64,000 nt of DNA from Mobula hypostoma. Lineage: Eukaryota. The stretch's first letter is position 1, and each line of letters begins with the position of its first letter. Where the stretch lies: the NCBI RefSeq assembly GCF_963921235.1, contig NC_086097.1:108998001-109062000 (forward strand). Direction: 5' to 3'. The notes under the pieces are model-generated. The model did not search any database and was not told where the DNA came from. It was given only the letters and a program-made list of their open reading frames with translations. This document shows, piece by piece, positions 38,106-49,008 of this stretch. The position numbers and the translations under genes are program-made.

Positions 38106-38850
38106 TTGTTGTTGTTGTTCATCCTTTGTAGTCGAAGATGACCATGGCTTCAAAGTCAAATGGGAGATTGGTGGCTGTGGGTCCAGAGGTGACTGATGAG
38201 GCCAATCCGGGCCCTGAAGGCTCGCCCACATGTGGGACACAAGTGGGTGGGTGCTGTCGTGGCAGTGGATGCTGCTCGGGCCTTGCGCACAGCACGCTTT
38301 CGTTGCACCTCGATGATGCGCCTGACTTCAGCTGCACGGGCTCCTGTGGTGATCTTGCTGTGCCAAGCTGGACGGTCGAGGGCAAGCGTCTCCCACGTGT
38401 TGCTGTCTTGGGTTTGAAGTCATGACTTGCGCTTGACTTGGATTAAAGTGAGGGAGAGTTGCGCAGGTCGTCAGCCTCACTCTCTTGTCCCGGCCTATCT
38501 GGACCCAGTGGCAAGACATAGTCGAGACGGCTGGAGATAGGTCAGGATGCAGTGGATGGCCAGCAGTGTTCTGTGTGTCTCACTGAGCCCTCTTAGTGCT
38601 CCACGACGCATTGCTGAGAATCGCCTGTTGAACCAGTGATGGTTTCTTCCATGCAGTCTGCCGAATCCAGGCTTCACACGCTAGGTAGACAAGCCCTGAG
38701 TGTTGTGGGTCTACGGCAGTTCTTGCGGCATGCTCGCAAGCCTCCCTACCCATTGTTGGGCATCCTCATCCGCCTTTGCAGCCGTTGGGAGATGTCTCCT
38801 CTTCCGCCTGCTCCGCCGTTGGGATGATCACCTTGGTTACTGGCCTATGG
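38106..38850 (-). mobile_element. Bipartite non-autonomous RTE element (5'UTR-like part plus 3' end)
   Basis: Minus-strand tail ..ggatgaacaacaacaacaa; encodes the RTE C-terminal C2H2 finger THLCPTCGRAFRARIGLISHLWTH (~38175-38250); upstream non-coding part with catccactgcatcc and caactctccctcactttaatcc; no RT or EN. Upstream boundary approximate. Confidence 0.75.
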
Positions 38851-39280
38851 AAGTGGGCTCGCAGCTGGCCGCCACGCTGGCCGTACCAGGCGGCGGGGGC
38901 GGGTGGCGGCGGTCGCGACGAGCGGCAGGCCAGCTCCAGGTCTCGGGCCTCGCCCCCTCCGCCTGCAGCCGCCTCGCACTGGCTGCAGGCCACCGACGGT
39001 GCGGTGGTGGCGGGTGGCCCAGGGCCGGGCCCCGGCCTCGGCCTCACCAAGAGGCGGCATCAGGGTACGCACCTTCTGGGCCTGCAGCTGCTTGCTTTTT
39101 GTGCTGATTTCACCTTCAGCCTGCGGGCTAGAGCCCGCACTGAGCGCGCCATGCAGGCATCCCTTGCACACCGAGTGCAGGCAGGGGAGCAGGCGGGGCT
39201 GGCGCTCCCGCAGCCAGCCCTCGCACATGCCGCAGCGCTCCAGCAGGCTCGGGCTCGGCTCTACCAGCCTCACTGCGTCT
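38851..39280 (-). pseudogene. Retroposed fragment of a TIF1-family (TRIM28/TRIM24/TRIM33-like) gene: N-terminal RING
   Basis: [31 protein letters not shown] (39246-39154) matches the TIF1 RING pattern, compare human TRIM28 [32 protein letters not shown] from memory; GC/CpG-rich; no upstream ATG, and the last CxxC is not in frame. Confidence 0.75.
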
Positions 39281-40619
39281 CACACTACAACATCAGGCAT
39301 ACTGCTAGTGTCTTCCATAGCGAAGACCAATGCAAAATACTCATTTAGTTCATCAGCCAGCTTCTTGTCCCCCGTTATTATTTCTCCTGCCTCATTTTCT
39401 AGCGGTCCTACATCCACTCTCATTTCTCTTTTATTTTTAACGTACTTCAAAAGACTTTTACTATGCACTTTGATATTATTTGCTAGCTTGATTTCATATT
39501 TCATCTTTTCCCTTCTAATGATTTTTTTAGGTTTTTAAACCTCTCTGTAGGTTTTTAAAAACTTCCCAATCCTCTATCTTCCCACTGTTTTTTGCTTTGT
39601 TGTATGCCCTTTCTTTTGCTTTTACAACAGCTTTGACTTCCCTTGTCAGCCATGGTTGTACTATTTTACCATTTGAGTATTTCTTCATTTTTGGAATGCA
39701 CATGTCCTGCACCTTCCTCATTTTTCCCAGAAACACATGCCATTGCTGCTCTGCTGACATATAGAGAGTAAAAGGGAGGTGAGAGTTAATATTGGACCAC
39801 TGGAAAGTGATGCTGGTGAGGTACTAATGGGGTATGAAGGAATAGCAGATGAACTTAATGGGTACTTTGCATCTGTCTTCACTGTGGAAGAGATGTGCAA
39901 ATGGTAAAGCAAGCAAACAGCACTCAGAACTGGCAAACCTGGGGTTGCTCCTCACTCACAGGCTCGGGCTTCAGTTACAGTGTTGAGAGATGGTACCCTG
40001 AGTAAGACCACAAATTAAATGTCAAAACAGACCTATCCAGAACTGTGCATTGGCTGGCAGAGGTGTGCTTTTAATGGTGCATTAATTCAGGAGGTGGGCA
40101 CCTGATTTCATTCTGAAGTTTTCAGTGATCACCGATTAACATGATGCTCATCTATTATCTTTTCCTGCAAAGTTTCAATGGGATAGAATCTCAATGTCCC
40201 ACACCCAAAGAATGGTTTCATTAGCTTTAATGTATTAATGTATTAACTGAAGTTAAATTGTGAACAAGTCTTATTTCCTTCGGACTGGTTCTCATTTTAA
40301 TTAATACCTGCTAGTCATGTTTTCCTAACTCCAGAATAAGCCCTAAAAAGCATCTATGAAAATAGTATCATCCATTAAGGGATTGTGCTTTTATGATCTA
40401 TTTTTTCAAAATTAGGAGGTTTAACATGAAGCTAAATAAACTGGTAATATTGACTAACTACTTCCTCCAGCTGTTCTGCAAATGTTACCCATCCTATTCA
40501 GACCATTGTCACTGGAAGGGCTCCCAAACTGAATGACCATATTAAAGGTGTTAACACAAATAACTTTCTGCTCTTAAAATCTACCTCTCCTGTTGCACCA
40601 CTCCAAACTATTCTGTTTA

Positions 40620-42060
40620 AGTTAGCACTTCCAGATGTGAGATCCCTTTCAAACAAGACCTTTATCTTAAATTATTTTATCACCTCTACAGTCCTTGAGT
40701 TTATGTTCATAGCTGAGACCTGGTTAAAGCTAAATGAATATAGCCAGCTATCTGAACTGTGTTCCCCTGACTATGACAGTTTCAGAGTACCAAGCCCTAG
40801 TAGATGACATGGCGGGCTTGGCATTGTGTTCTAGAAACATTTTAAGTGCAATCTGTCTACAATATTTCAGGTTTTGAGGTACATGTTTAAAATCTGTGGT
40901 TCAGATCGTGTCCTCTGCTTTCTCATTTATCGCTCTCCTAAATCACGAGCTTACTAGACAGACAAGATCTTACCCGGTATGTCACTGAGCCCATCCATCG
41001 ACTTGGAAATACACGATTCAGTAATGATAGAAGGGTTAAATATTATATATACCAATATCTCTGATCAGTTTTGAATCCTCCTGGCTGGAACCAATCCCAC
41101 AAAAGGAATTACATAAAAAAAAACAATTCTGTGATGCTGCAATGCAATTCAAATTCTTTGAGCTGACTAGTTATCTGATCCATGTGAATTAAACTGCTCA
41201 GTAAATTAAACGGTTGATTCTTTCCACAATAACTTCACAAATATATTAAACTCAGTGGCCCCAATTAGCATTAAAATAAATCAGTTAGTAAAACATTGCC
41301 ACAGTTAAACAATTCTGTCCACCAACTCAAGGAATAGCTGAGAGAAAATGGAGGAAAATTGGGCTCAAACTCCACTGTAATAGTTTCCAGAAGAAACTAA
41401 ATTCCTTTCATGTTGCTATATACTCTGCAAGAAGAGTCCATTTTCCCAAGATTATTACAGAGAATATCAGTGATTCAAGAATATTGTTCTCAACTGTAAA
41501 CTAACTGTTGAACCCTGCCCCAACCTATAATGTCCTCAGTCAAGCATCTGCCAGAAAATGTGAGGAATTGGCAATATTTTTAATCATCAAAATACTTCTA
41601 TTAGGGACAGTATACCTGTAACTACTCCGCATTGGCCTTCTGTATCTTTTAGAATCGATTTTAAAGTTCTCTTGTTTTTAAAGCTCTTAATGGTTTGGGA
41701 CTGGAGTACATCACAGAATTGCTTTTGTTTTATAATCCTGTTTGTTTAAATCTTAAATTTAAACAATCTCCCTCACAAGATAATTGATCGGTCAACCTTT
41801 TTGAATGGCGCTCCTAGACTGTAGAATTCAGTACTTAAAACAATAAGGGATACAGACTCAATTGACACTTTCAAACACCGGCTCAAAACCTATTTATTTA
41901 ACCTTGCTTTTGACGAACATCGTTCTGTCTTTTACTTTCATGTTTACTTTTTAGATCTTAAATTTTATTTTCATGTTTGTACTTTTAGCCCATTGTAAAG
42001 CACTTTGAATTACATCATCTGTGTGAAAAGAGCTCTATAAATAATGTTATTATTATTATT
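40620..42060 (+). mobile_element. L2-clade LINE, internally deleted
   Basis: VRSLSNKTFILNYFI..FMFIAETWL endonuclease start (~40640-40730); 3' end HW.SVSFRIDFKVLL..LKTYLF; tail gtaaagcactttg..ctctataaataatg(tta)n; no RT core recognisable. Confidence 0.7.
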
Positions 42061-42268
42061 GTTGCGTTTTTATTTTTTCTCAGCTCAGGATGGTAAAACG
42101 TAAGGCACGGGCATAGCCTAGCACACTCATTTCACAATTGCTGGAAACTTTTAGACTATTCTAGTGGTGTTTAGTATTTGTAACTTTCTGGTAATTTGCA
42201 TAAATATTGCAGTGTAGGCCTAATTGTTTAATGCTATTGTGTAATGACTTTGGGATAATACCAGTTCG

Positions 42269-43536
42269 ACCATAAGACATAGGAGTAAAATAGGTCATTT
42301 GCGCATTGAGTCTGCTCTGCTATTCCATCATGGCTGATACCGGATCCCACTCAATCCCATACACTTTCCTTCTTACCATAACCTTTGATGCCCTGACCGA
42401 TCAGGAAATGATCAACTTCTGCCTTAAATATACCCACGGACTTGGCCTCCGCCACAGTCTGTGGCAGAGCATTCCACAGATTCCCTACTGTCTGACTAAA
42501 AAAATTCCTCCTTACCTCTGTTCTAAAAGGTTGCCCCTCAATTTTGAGACTGTGCCCTCTAGTTCTGGATACCCAACCATAGGAAGCATCCTCTCTGCAT
42601 CCACCCATCTAGTCTTTGCAACATTCGGCAGGTTTCAATGAGATCCCCCAGCATTCTTCTGGATTCCAGTCAGTACAGGCCCAAAGCTGCCAACTGCTCC
42701 TCATATGTTAACCACTTCACTCCTGGAATCATACTCCTGAATCTCCTCTGGACTCTCTCCAATGACAGCATATCCTTTCAGAATCAGAATCAGAATTAGG
42801 TTTATTATCACCAGCATGTGTCACGGAATTTGTTAACTTAGAAGCAGCAGTTAAATGCAATACATAATATAGAAGAATAAATAAATAAATCAATTACAGT
42901 ATATATAGATATATATAGATATATATTTCTGAGGTATGAGGCCCAAACCTCTTGACACTACTCTGAGTGTGGCCTGACGAATGGCTTAGAAGGGCTCAGC
43001 ATTATCTCCTTGCTTTTATATTTTATTCCCCTTGAAATAAATGCCAACATTGCATTTGCCTTCTTTACCACAGACTCAACCTGTTAAGTTACCTTCTGGG
43101 AGTTTTGCACGAGGACTTCTAAGTCCCTCTGCACCTCTGATGTTTGAATCTTCTCCACATTTAGATAATAGTCTGCACTATTGTTCCTTTTACCAAAATG
43201 CATTATCATACATTTCTCAACACTGTATTCCATCTGCCACTTTTCTACCCCTTGTTCCAATTTGCCTCAATCCTGCTGCAATCACATTGCTTCCTCAGCA
43301 CTACTGACCCCTCCACCTATCTTTGTATCATCCACAAACTTTGCCACAAAGCCATCGATTCCATTATTCAAATCATTGACAAAAAATGTGAAAAGTAGCG
43401 GCCCCAATACTGACCCCTGAGGAACACCACTGGTCACTGGCAGCCAACCAGAAAAGGCCCCCTTTATTCCCACTCACTGCCTCCTGTCTGTCAGCCATTC
43501 CTCTATACATGCCAGTATCTTTCCTGTAACGCCATT
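42269..43536 (-). mobile_element. CR1 RT-to-3' fragment with a short Rex-tail insertion (~42780-42925)
   Basis: WLPVTSGVPQGSVLGPLLF..KFVDDTKIGG (43282-43473), SRTRGHSLKI..LWNALPQ (42351-42608), tail accataagacataggag. Confidence 0.9.
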
Positions 43537-43750
43537 GTAGAGTTTGTTATTGGGACAATGTATACCTTGTTTATGTTCCAAAGACTTTCAATTTCCTCTT
43601 TAATTCAGCATGTTTCTGGTGCTTTTCAGTTATTGATTTCTGTAGGTCATGTGTGCACGGAATGGCTATATCTATTAAGTAAGTTCTTTGTGCTTGTTTA
43701 TGCTGTAATATTATATCTGGATGGAGTGTCCTATCTGTAATAATGGATAT
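43537..43750 (-). mobile_element. Restriction-like-endonuclease (R4/Dong-type) non-LTR retrotransposon C-terminal fragment
   Basis: ITDRTLHPDIILQHKQAQRTYLIDIAIPCTHDLQKSITEKHQKHAEL carries PD..D plus a K..KY-like motif of RLE domains. Confidence 0.7.
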
Positions 43751-43764
43751 TGTTATTATTATAG

Positions 43765-44960
43765 GACACTGATATTGGTAATGGTTTGTAATTGTCACAT
43801 GTACCAAGATGCAGTGGGAATCTTTGGTTTGCATGTCATCCAGACAGATCATGCCTTATGTAAGTACACCAAGATGGTGAAAAGAAATCAGAGTGTAGAA
43901 TTCAGTATTGGCAGTTGCAGAGAGAGGGCAGTGCAGGTAGATAAGTAAAATGTGAGGGCCATGACAATGTAAATCTAGAGATCAAGAGTTCAAGAACTCA
44001 CCTTTAAGTGTCTGAGAGGTACATAGAAGTGGGATGGAAACTGCACTTGAATCTTCTCACACGTCCTCTCAGGCTTTTGTATCTTCTGCCCGATGGAAGA
44101 AGAATGAATGAAACGGGTGGTAATCATCCATGGTTATATTGGCTGCTTTTCTGGAAGTGTAGACAGAGTCAATGGTGGGGAGGCTGCTTGCATGATGGAC
44201 TGGACTGTGTTTGCAGCTCTGCAATTTCATGTGGTCTTGAGTAGAGCAACTGTCATATCGAGGTTCAATGTAACCAGATAGGATGGTTTCTGTGGTGCAG
44301 CTATAAAAATTGTTATGGGTTTTCAGGGACATGCTGAATTTCCTTAAGCTACTAGGAAAGTAGAGGCACTGGTACACCAAGGAACTGAAGCTCTCAACCA
44401 CCACTACTTTAATGCCATTGATACATAAGTTGCGTGTGCTTCACTCCACTTTGCTGAAGACAATAACCAGCTCCTTCGTTTTGCTAATATTGTCCGAAAG
44501 GTTACCATGCCACTAGACTCTTTATTTCCTTCCCGTGCTCTCATTGATTGAGATCTGGCACACTATGGTGGGGTCAGCTGCAAACTTACAGCAGAACAGA
44601 AACTGGTCACACAGACATGACTGTACAGAAGAGTGAGGGTCCAGTATACAGCCTTGCAGGGAACTGATGTTGAGGGCAGTTTTGGAGCTGTTGCTGCCTA
44701 TCCTTACTGATTAAAGTCTGTTGGTCAGGAAGTCTAAAATCCATTTGGAGACAGGGGTGATGAGTCCTAGGTTTAGGAGTTTGTAGTTGAGTTTACTTGG
44801 GATTATGGTGTTGAGGGCAGAACTATAATCAGTAAATAGAAGTCTGATATATGTGCTTCTGTTCCAGATGTTCTGGAGATTAGTATAGAGTGAAGGAGAT
44901 GGTGTTCGCTGCAGACATTTCATGGTGGTAGGTGAATTAATATTGATGGAAATGTCTGGC
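43765..44960 (-). mobile_element. Degraded Rex1/Babar LINE (RT to 3' end)
   Basis: YIRLLFTDYSSALNTIIPSKL..WILDFLTNR (44711-44998); LRKFSMS..NFYSCTTETILSGYI (44069-44404). Confidence 0.8.
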
Positions 44961-45989
44961 AGGCAGAAGGAAATCTTTAAGCTTATTATTTTTATCATAT
45001 TTCTGTGGTATTTATGCTCTTTTGATCAGCAATACGTTCTGAAGGTTTATTGCCTGTTGTGATGAGTTGCTAAGCTGCAATATTGAGCAGCAATTATGAA
45101 GAATATTTGTACTAGTTAATCTTTGATAGGAGTTCCTAAAGACATCCGATGAATTAGGATAAAAGCAACAAATTAAACTGCAGGATATTATTGCAGCAAT
45201 TTTATCCAAAATACAATATTCCAATGGACTGGTCTGCCTCAATTTGTGATAGTTCAGCAACACTGATTATCCAAATTTTTAACAATAAGAGTCATACACA
45301 TTTGCTTACAGGCTTATAAAAATAATTGCAATCTATATTATCTTTGTTTAAAATGAAGAGTGTCGAAACATCTTTGATTTTTATTGTGTCTCACCATTGA
45401 CAAACAGTGCAGCTTAGAGAAAGTACTTTCTGTAAGTAAAATGTAGCAACCAATGAGATGGCTAGCCATTTATCTATTCTAAATGCAGTGTACAAAAGTT
45501 GAGAGGTTGGTTCTTGTTTTAAGTGTTAGGCATGGATATCAAGATTAGTAAGTACATTTAAATCTATCGTGTTCCTGGATATTAGAAAGAATCACATGAA
45601 GACAAAAGCTTAATTGCATTTTTCACTGCATGAATGTGTGAATTTGAAACTGTGCTTGGAGGTGAGACACATTGTCTAACCTACTGGCCCAAATCAAGAG
45701 CATGATAGATAGGATCTGAAATTGTCACTGATTTTCTCTCTCCACAGGTACTGCCTGCCCAGCTAAGTATCTCCAGTATTTTTTTAAATCTCAGATTTCC
45801 GAAATCTGCAGGTTTTTTGATTTCCATTTGGTGGATTACTCTCTACCGGTTTGGATGAGAGCTGTTCCAATAATCTCAACAATCTGAACATCCTTCAGGA
45901 CAAAGCAAAATTTTAATCTGCTAATTTTATCTACCAACCTAACAACCTCATCTTCCATCACCTGCACAGTAAACCACACTGAAATTCAG

Positions 45990-47350
45990 AAACAGAATCA
46001 GATTCAGCTTGAATATCACTGGAACACACAATGAAATCTGTGGTTTTGTGGCAGCAGTACATTGCAATACATAATACTAAAAAATATATATTACAGTAAG
46101 AAATACATATGTAGAAATTAAATTAAATTAATTGTGCAAAAAGAGATCAAAAAAGAAAAAAAAAGAGTTTGTACATGGGTTCATTCAGAAATCTGATGGT
46201 GGAGAGGAAGAAGCTGTTTCTAAAACATTGAGTGTGTGACTTCAGGCTCCTGTAGCTCCTCCTTGATGGTAGCAATGAGAAGAGAGCATGTTCAAGGTGT
46301 TAGGGGTCCTTAATGATGGATGCCACCTTTTCGATGCGACTGAGGCTAGTACCTGTGATGGAACTGGCTGAGTTTACAACTTTCTGTAGCATTTTCTGAT
46401 CCTGTGGAGTGGCACCTCCACTCCAGACAGTGATACAATCAGTTAAGTTGCTCTCCACAGTACATCTGTAGAAATTTGGAAGAGTCTTTGGTGACATTGC
46501 ATCAATATGTTGGGCCCAGGATAGATCTTCAGAGATGTGGACACCCAGGAACTTGAAACTGCTCATCCATTCCACTGCTGATCCCTCGATTAGGACTGTT
46601 GTGTGTTCACTCGACTTCCTCTTCCTGAAGTCCACATTCAATTCTTTGGTCTTACTGACGCTGAGTGTAAGGTTGTTGGTGCAACACCACTCACCCAGCT
46701 GATCTATTTACTCCTATATGCCTTTTCAACCAGCTGATTTATTTACTCCTATATGCCTCTCAACCAGCTGATTTATTTACTCCTATATGCCTCCTCGTCA
46801 CCTTCTGAAATTCTGCCAACTGTAGTTGTGTCATCAGCAAATTTATAGGTGGCATTTGAGCTTACCCAGCTACACAGTCATGGTGTAGAGGGAGCGGAGC
46901 AGTGGACTAAGCATGCATCCTTGAGGTGCACCAGTGCAGACTGGCGGCGAGGAGGAAACATTATTACCAGTTCGCACTGACTGTAGTCTTCTGATGAGGA
47001 AGTCAAGGTTCCAGTTATAGCAGGTTCAGGTTCTTGCTTAGGCAGGAGTTGATCTGGCCATGACCAACCACTCAAAGCACTTCATCACAGTAGATAAGAG
47101 CGCAACTGTAGATAGTCATAGAAGCAGCTCAGTCTGTTCTTCTTGGGCACTGGTATGATGGTCACCCTCTTGAAGCAGGTGGGAGCCTCTGACTGCAGCA
47201 GTGAGAGATTGAAGATGTCCTTAAACACTCCTGCCGGTAGATTGGTACAGGTTTTCAGTGCTATACCAGGTACACCATCAGGACCTGATGCCTTGTGAGG
47301 GTTCTCCCCCTTGAAAGAAGTTCTGACGTCAGCATCTGCGACAGAGATCA
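45990..47350 (-). mobile_element. Rex1/Babar LINE fragment
   Basis: VDFRK..SFKFLGVHISEDLSW..NFYRCTVES..VASIIKDP (46300-46641); YKFADDTTV at ~46820-46850; GPDGVPG near 47270-47290. Confidence 0.85.
46691..46793. repeat. 34-35-bp tandem triplication inside the Rex element
   Basis: tca(c/a)ccagctgat(c/t)tatttactcctatatgcct units start at 46691, 46726 and 46760. Confidence 0.9.
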
Positions 47351-47379
47351 GAGGGTCACCACAGATGTAATCTTATACC

Positions 47380-48440
47380 GGACTTCCCTTAGAGAACAAG
47401 GCAGGGAGAATGTTGGCTCTCATAACCATAATTCTATTAGTTTTAAGACAATGATCGAAAAAGATAGGACAGGTCCATAGGTTAGGGTCCTGAACTACAG
47501 CAGGGCCATATTTTGGGGGAGTTAGCAGGATATAGCAGAAGACGATTGTGTGAGCTAGTTTGAAGTGAAAGGAACAAATAACAAGTGGGAGGCTTTTAAG
47601 AGGGAAATTTGAATTGTGTAGAAACAATATATTCCTTTTAGGGGGGAGGGAACGTTGACTCAGACCTTGAGAGGCCTGCGTCAGGCATTAGAAGTCTGTG
47701 TGGGTGAAGGGTGAATCTGGCAAGTTTAGGGAACTTTGGCTGATGAGACTTATGGAGGCTCTGGTCAAGAGAAAGAGGGAAGCATACATTAGGTTTAGGA
47801 GGTTAGTGATGATGAATCCCTTGTTGACTATACAAGGATTAAGAATACCCTTAAGGAGGAAATTAGGAGGGCAAAGAGAGGGTATGAAATAGGTCTGGCA
47901 AGGCAGGTTAAGGAAAATCCAAAGAGGTTCTGTAACTAGTTGAATAAAAGGTTGATTAGGGAGAGACTAGATCCCCTTAGTGTTTACTGAGGAGTAAATC
48001 ATAGTTGGTCAAGAGATAAGGGAAACAAGCAGAGATGTTTTGGAGGATATTTGTATTTCCAAGGTAGAGGAATTTTTAGTCTTACAGCTCTTTAAGGTGG
48101 ATAAATCCTCAGAGGCTGACCGAATGCATCCTCAGACTTTCTGAGAGGCTAGAAGGGAAATTGCAGAATCTCTTGCAAAAATACTTGCTTCATCCTTAGG
48201 CATGAGTAAAGTTCCCAAAGAGTGGAAGGTGGCTAATGTTGCCCCATAGTCTAAGGACAAGCCAAAGAAGTACAGGCTAGTTAGCCAGACATTATTAGTG
48301 GGGAAGTTACTGGAAAGAATTCTGATGGCCAGGATCTATGAGCATTTGGATAGACTGATAAGAAAGAGTCAGCAAGGCTTGGTGTATGAAAAGTCATGCT
48401 TTATGAAATTAAAAGTGGTAACCAAAAACGTAGATGAGGA
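47380..48440 (+). mobile_element. Degraded CR1 ORF2 middle fragment
   Basis: GSHNHNSISFK..DRTGP, KVDKS, WKVANV, YRLVS..VGKLLE, SQQG..KSC; cut at the Gypsy LTR. Confidence 0.75.
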
Positions 48441-49008
48441 TAATATTTCAGTAATATTTGAGTAATATTCTAAGTACATTGTTCGATTAAGCATTCTGTG
48501 TTGTTTACATAATTTATTACAGGCTATATACAAAAGTATGTTAATGGCATATGTCAGTACGCCAGCACATAATATATGTGCACCTCACGAAAGTAAAAAC
48601 GAAGTACATGCACGAGTATTTCTAGTCTCCCATATTTTTCATTCAATTAGTTTTTGGAGTTAAAAAACATTATGGTGGCGACAAGGAGGCTTTAAAATGA
48701 ACTCAAAATGATTAACTATCTGTTGAATCATAGTGATATGTTGGAGTTTTAAAAATAAGCACAGCATGCATTTTTCACAAGAGGAGAAAAACAGTCTAGT
48801 AAAAAAGGCAGAAAACAGATGGGATTCACAGGTTCATAAACAGTGAGTACTGGGTGATAATAATAAATAAATAATAAAGCAGAAATAGCTAGCTACTGTA
48901 CATTGGAAAGATAGACACGTTAGATTGCACAAGGGATAACTGGATATTGGATACTGAGCGAATTGAACAGTATTTTGAAGAAAATGAAATAGTCCATTCA
49001 AGATGAGT

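Larger units (their letters stand above)
36453..39758 (-). mobile_element. CR1 LINE (5'-truncated, RT and 3' end) nested in the plus-strand CR1
   Basis: 7-bp TSD atataga (36446-36452 and 39759-39765); NYRPVSLTSVVGK..SQHGF..VYLDFQKA (37541-37987), GIPQGSMLG..KFVDDMK (37127-37507), LVRPHLEY (36761-37084). Confidence 0.92.
35245..39895 (+). mobile_element. CR1 ORF2 5' part (35245-36452), resuming at 39759-39895 after a nested CR1
   Basis: LKVLFLNVCS..YDIVGITESWL, GIIYRP..DFNM, SDHNMIEF, LANNIKQDTRSFLSYI, then ESKREVRVNIGPLESDAGEVL after the insertion. Confidence 0.85.

Noticed and set aside
38845..39273. A functional TRIM28/TIF1 gene at this locus
   Set aside because: Starts at GTG with no upstream ATG, has an incomplete in-frame RING, no B-box, coiled-coil, PHD or bromo exons were seen in the window, and it sits inside a TSD-bounded insertion in a CR1.
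38776..39538. Plus-strand ORFs of 190 and 211 aa overlapping the chimera
   Set aside because: Antisense by-products of GC-rich sequence; they cross the TSD into CR1 antisense sequence and have no recognisable domain.
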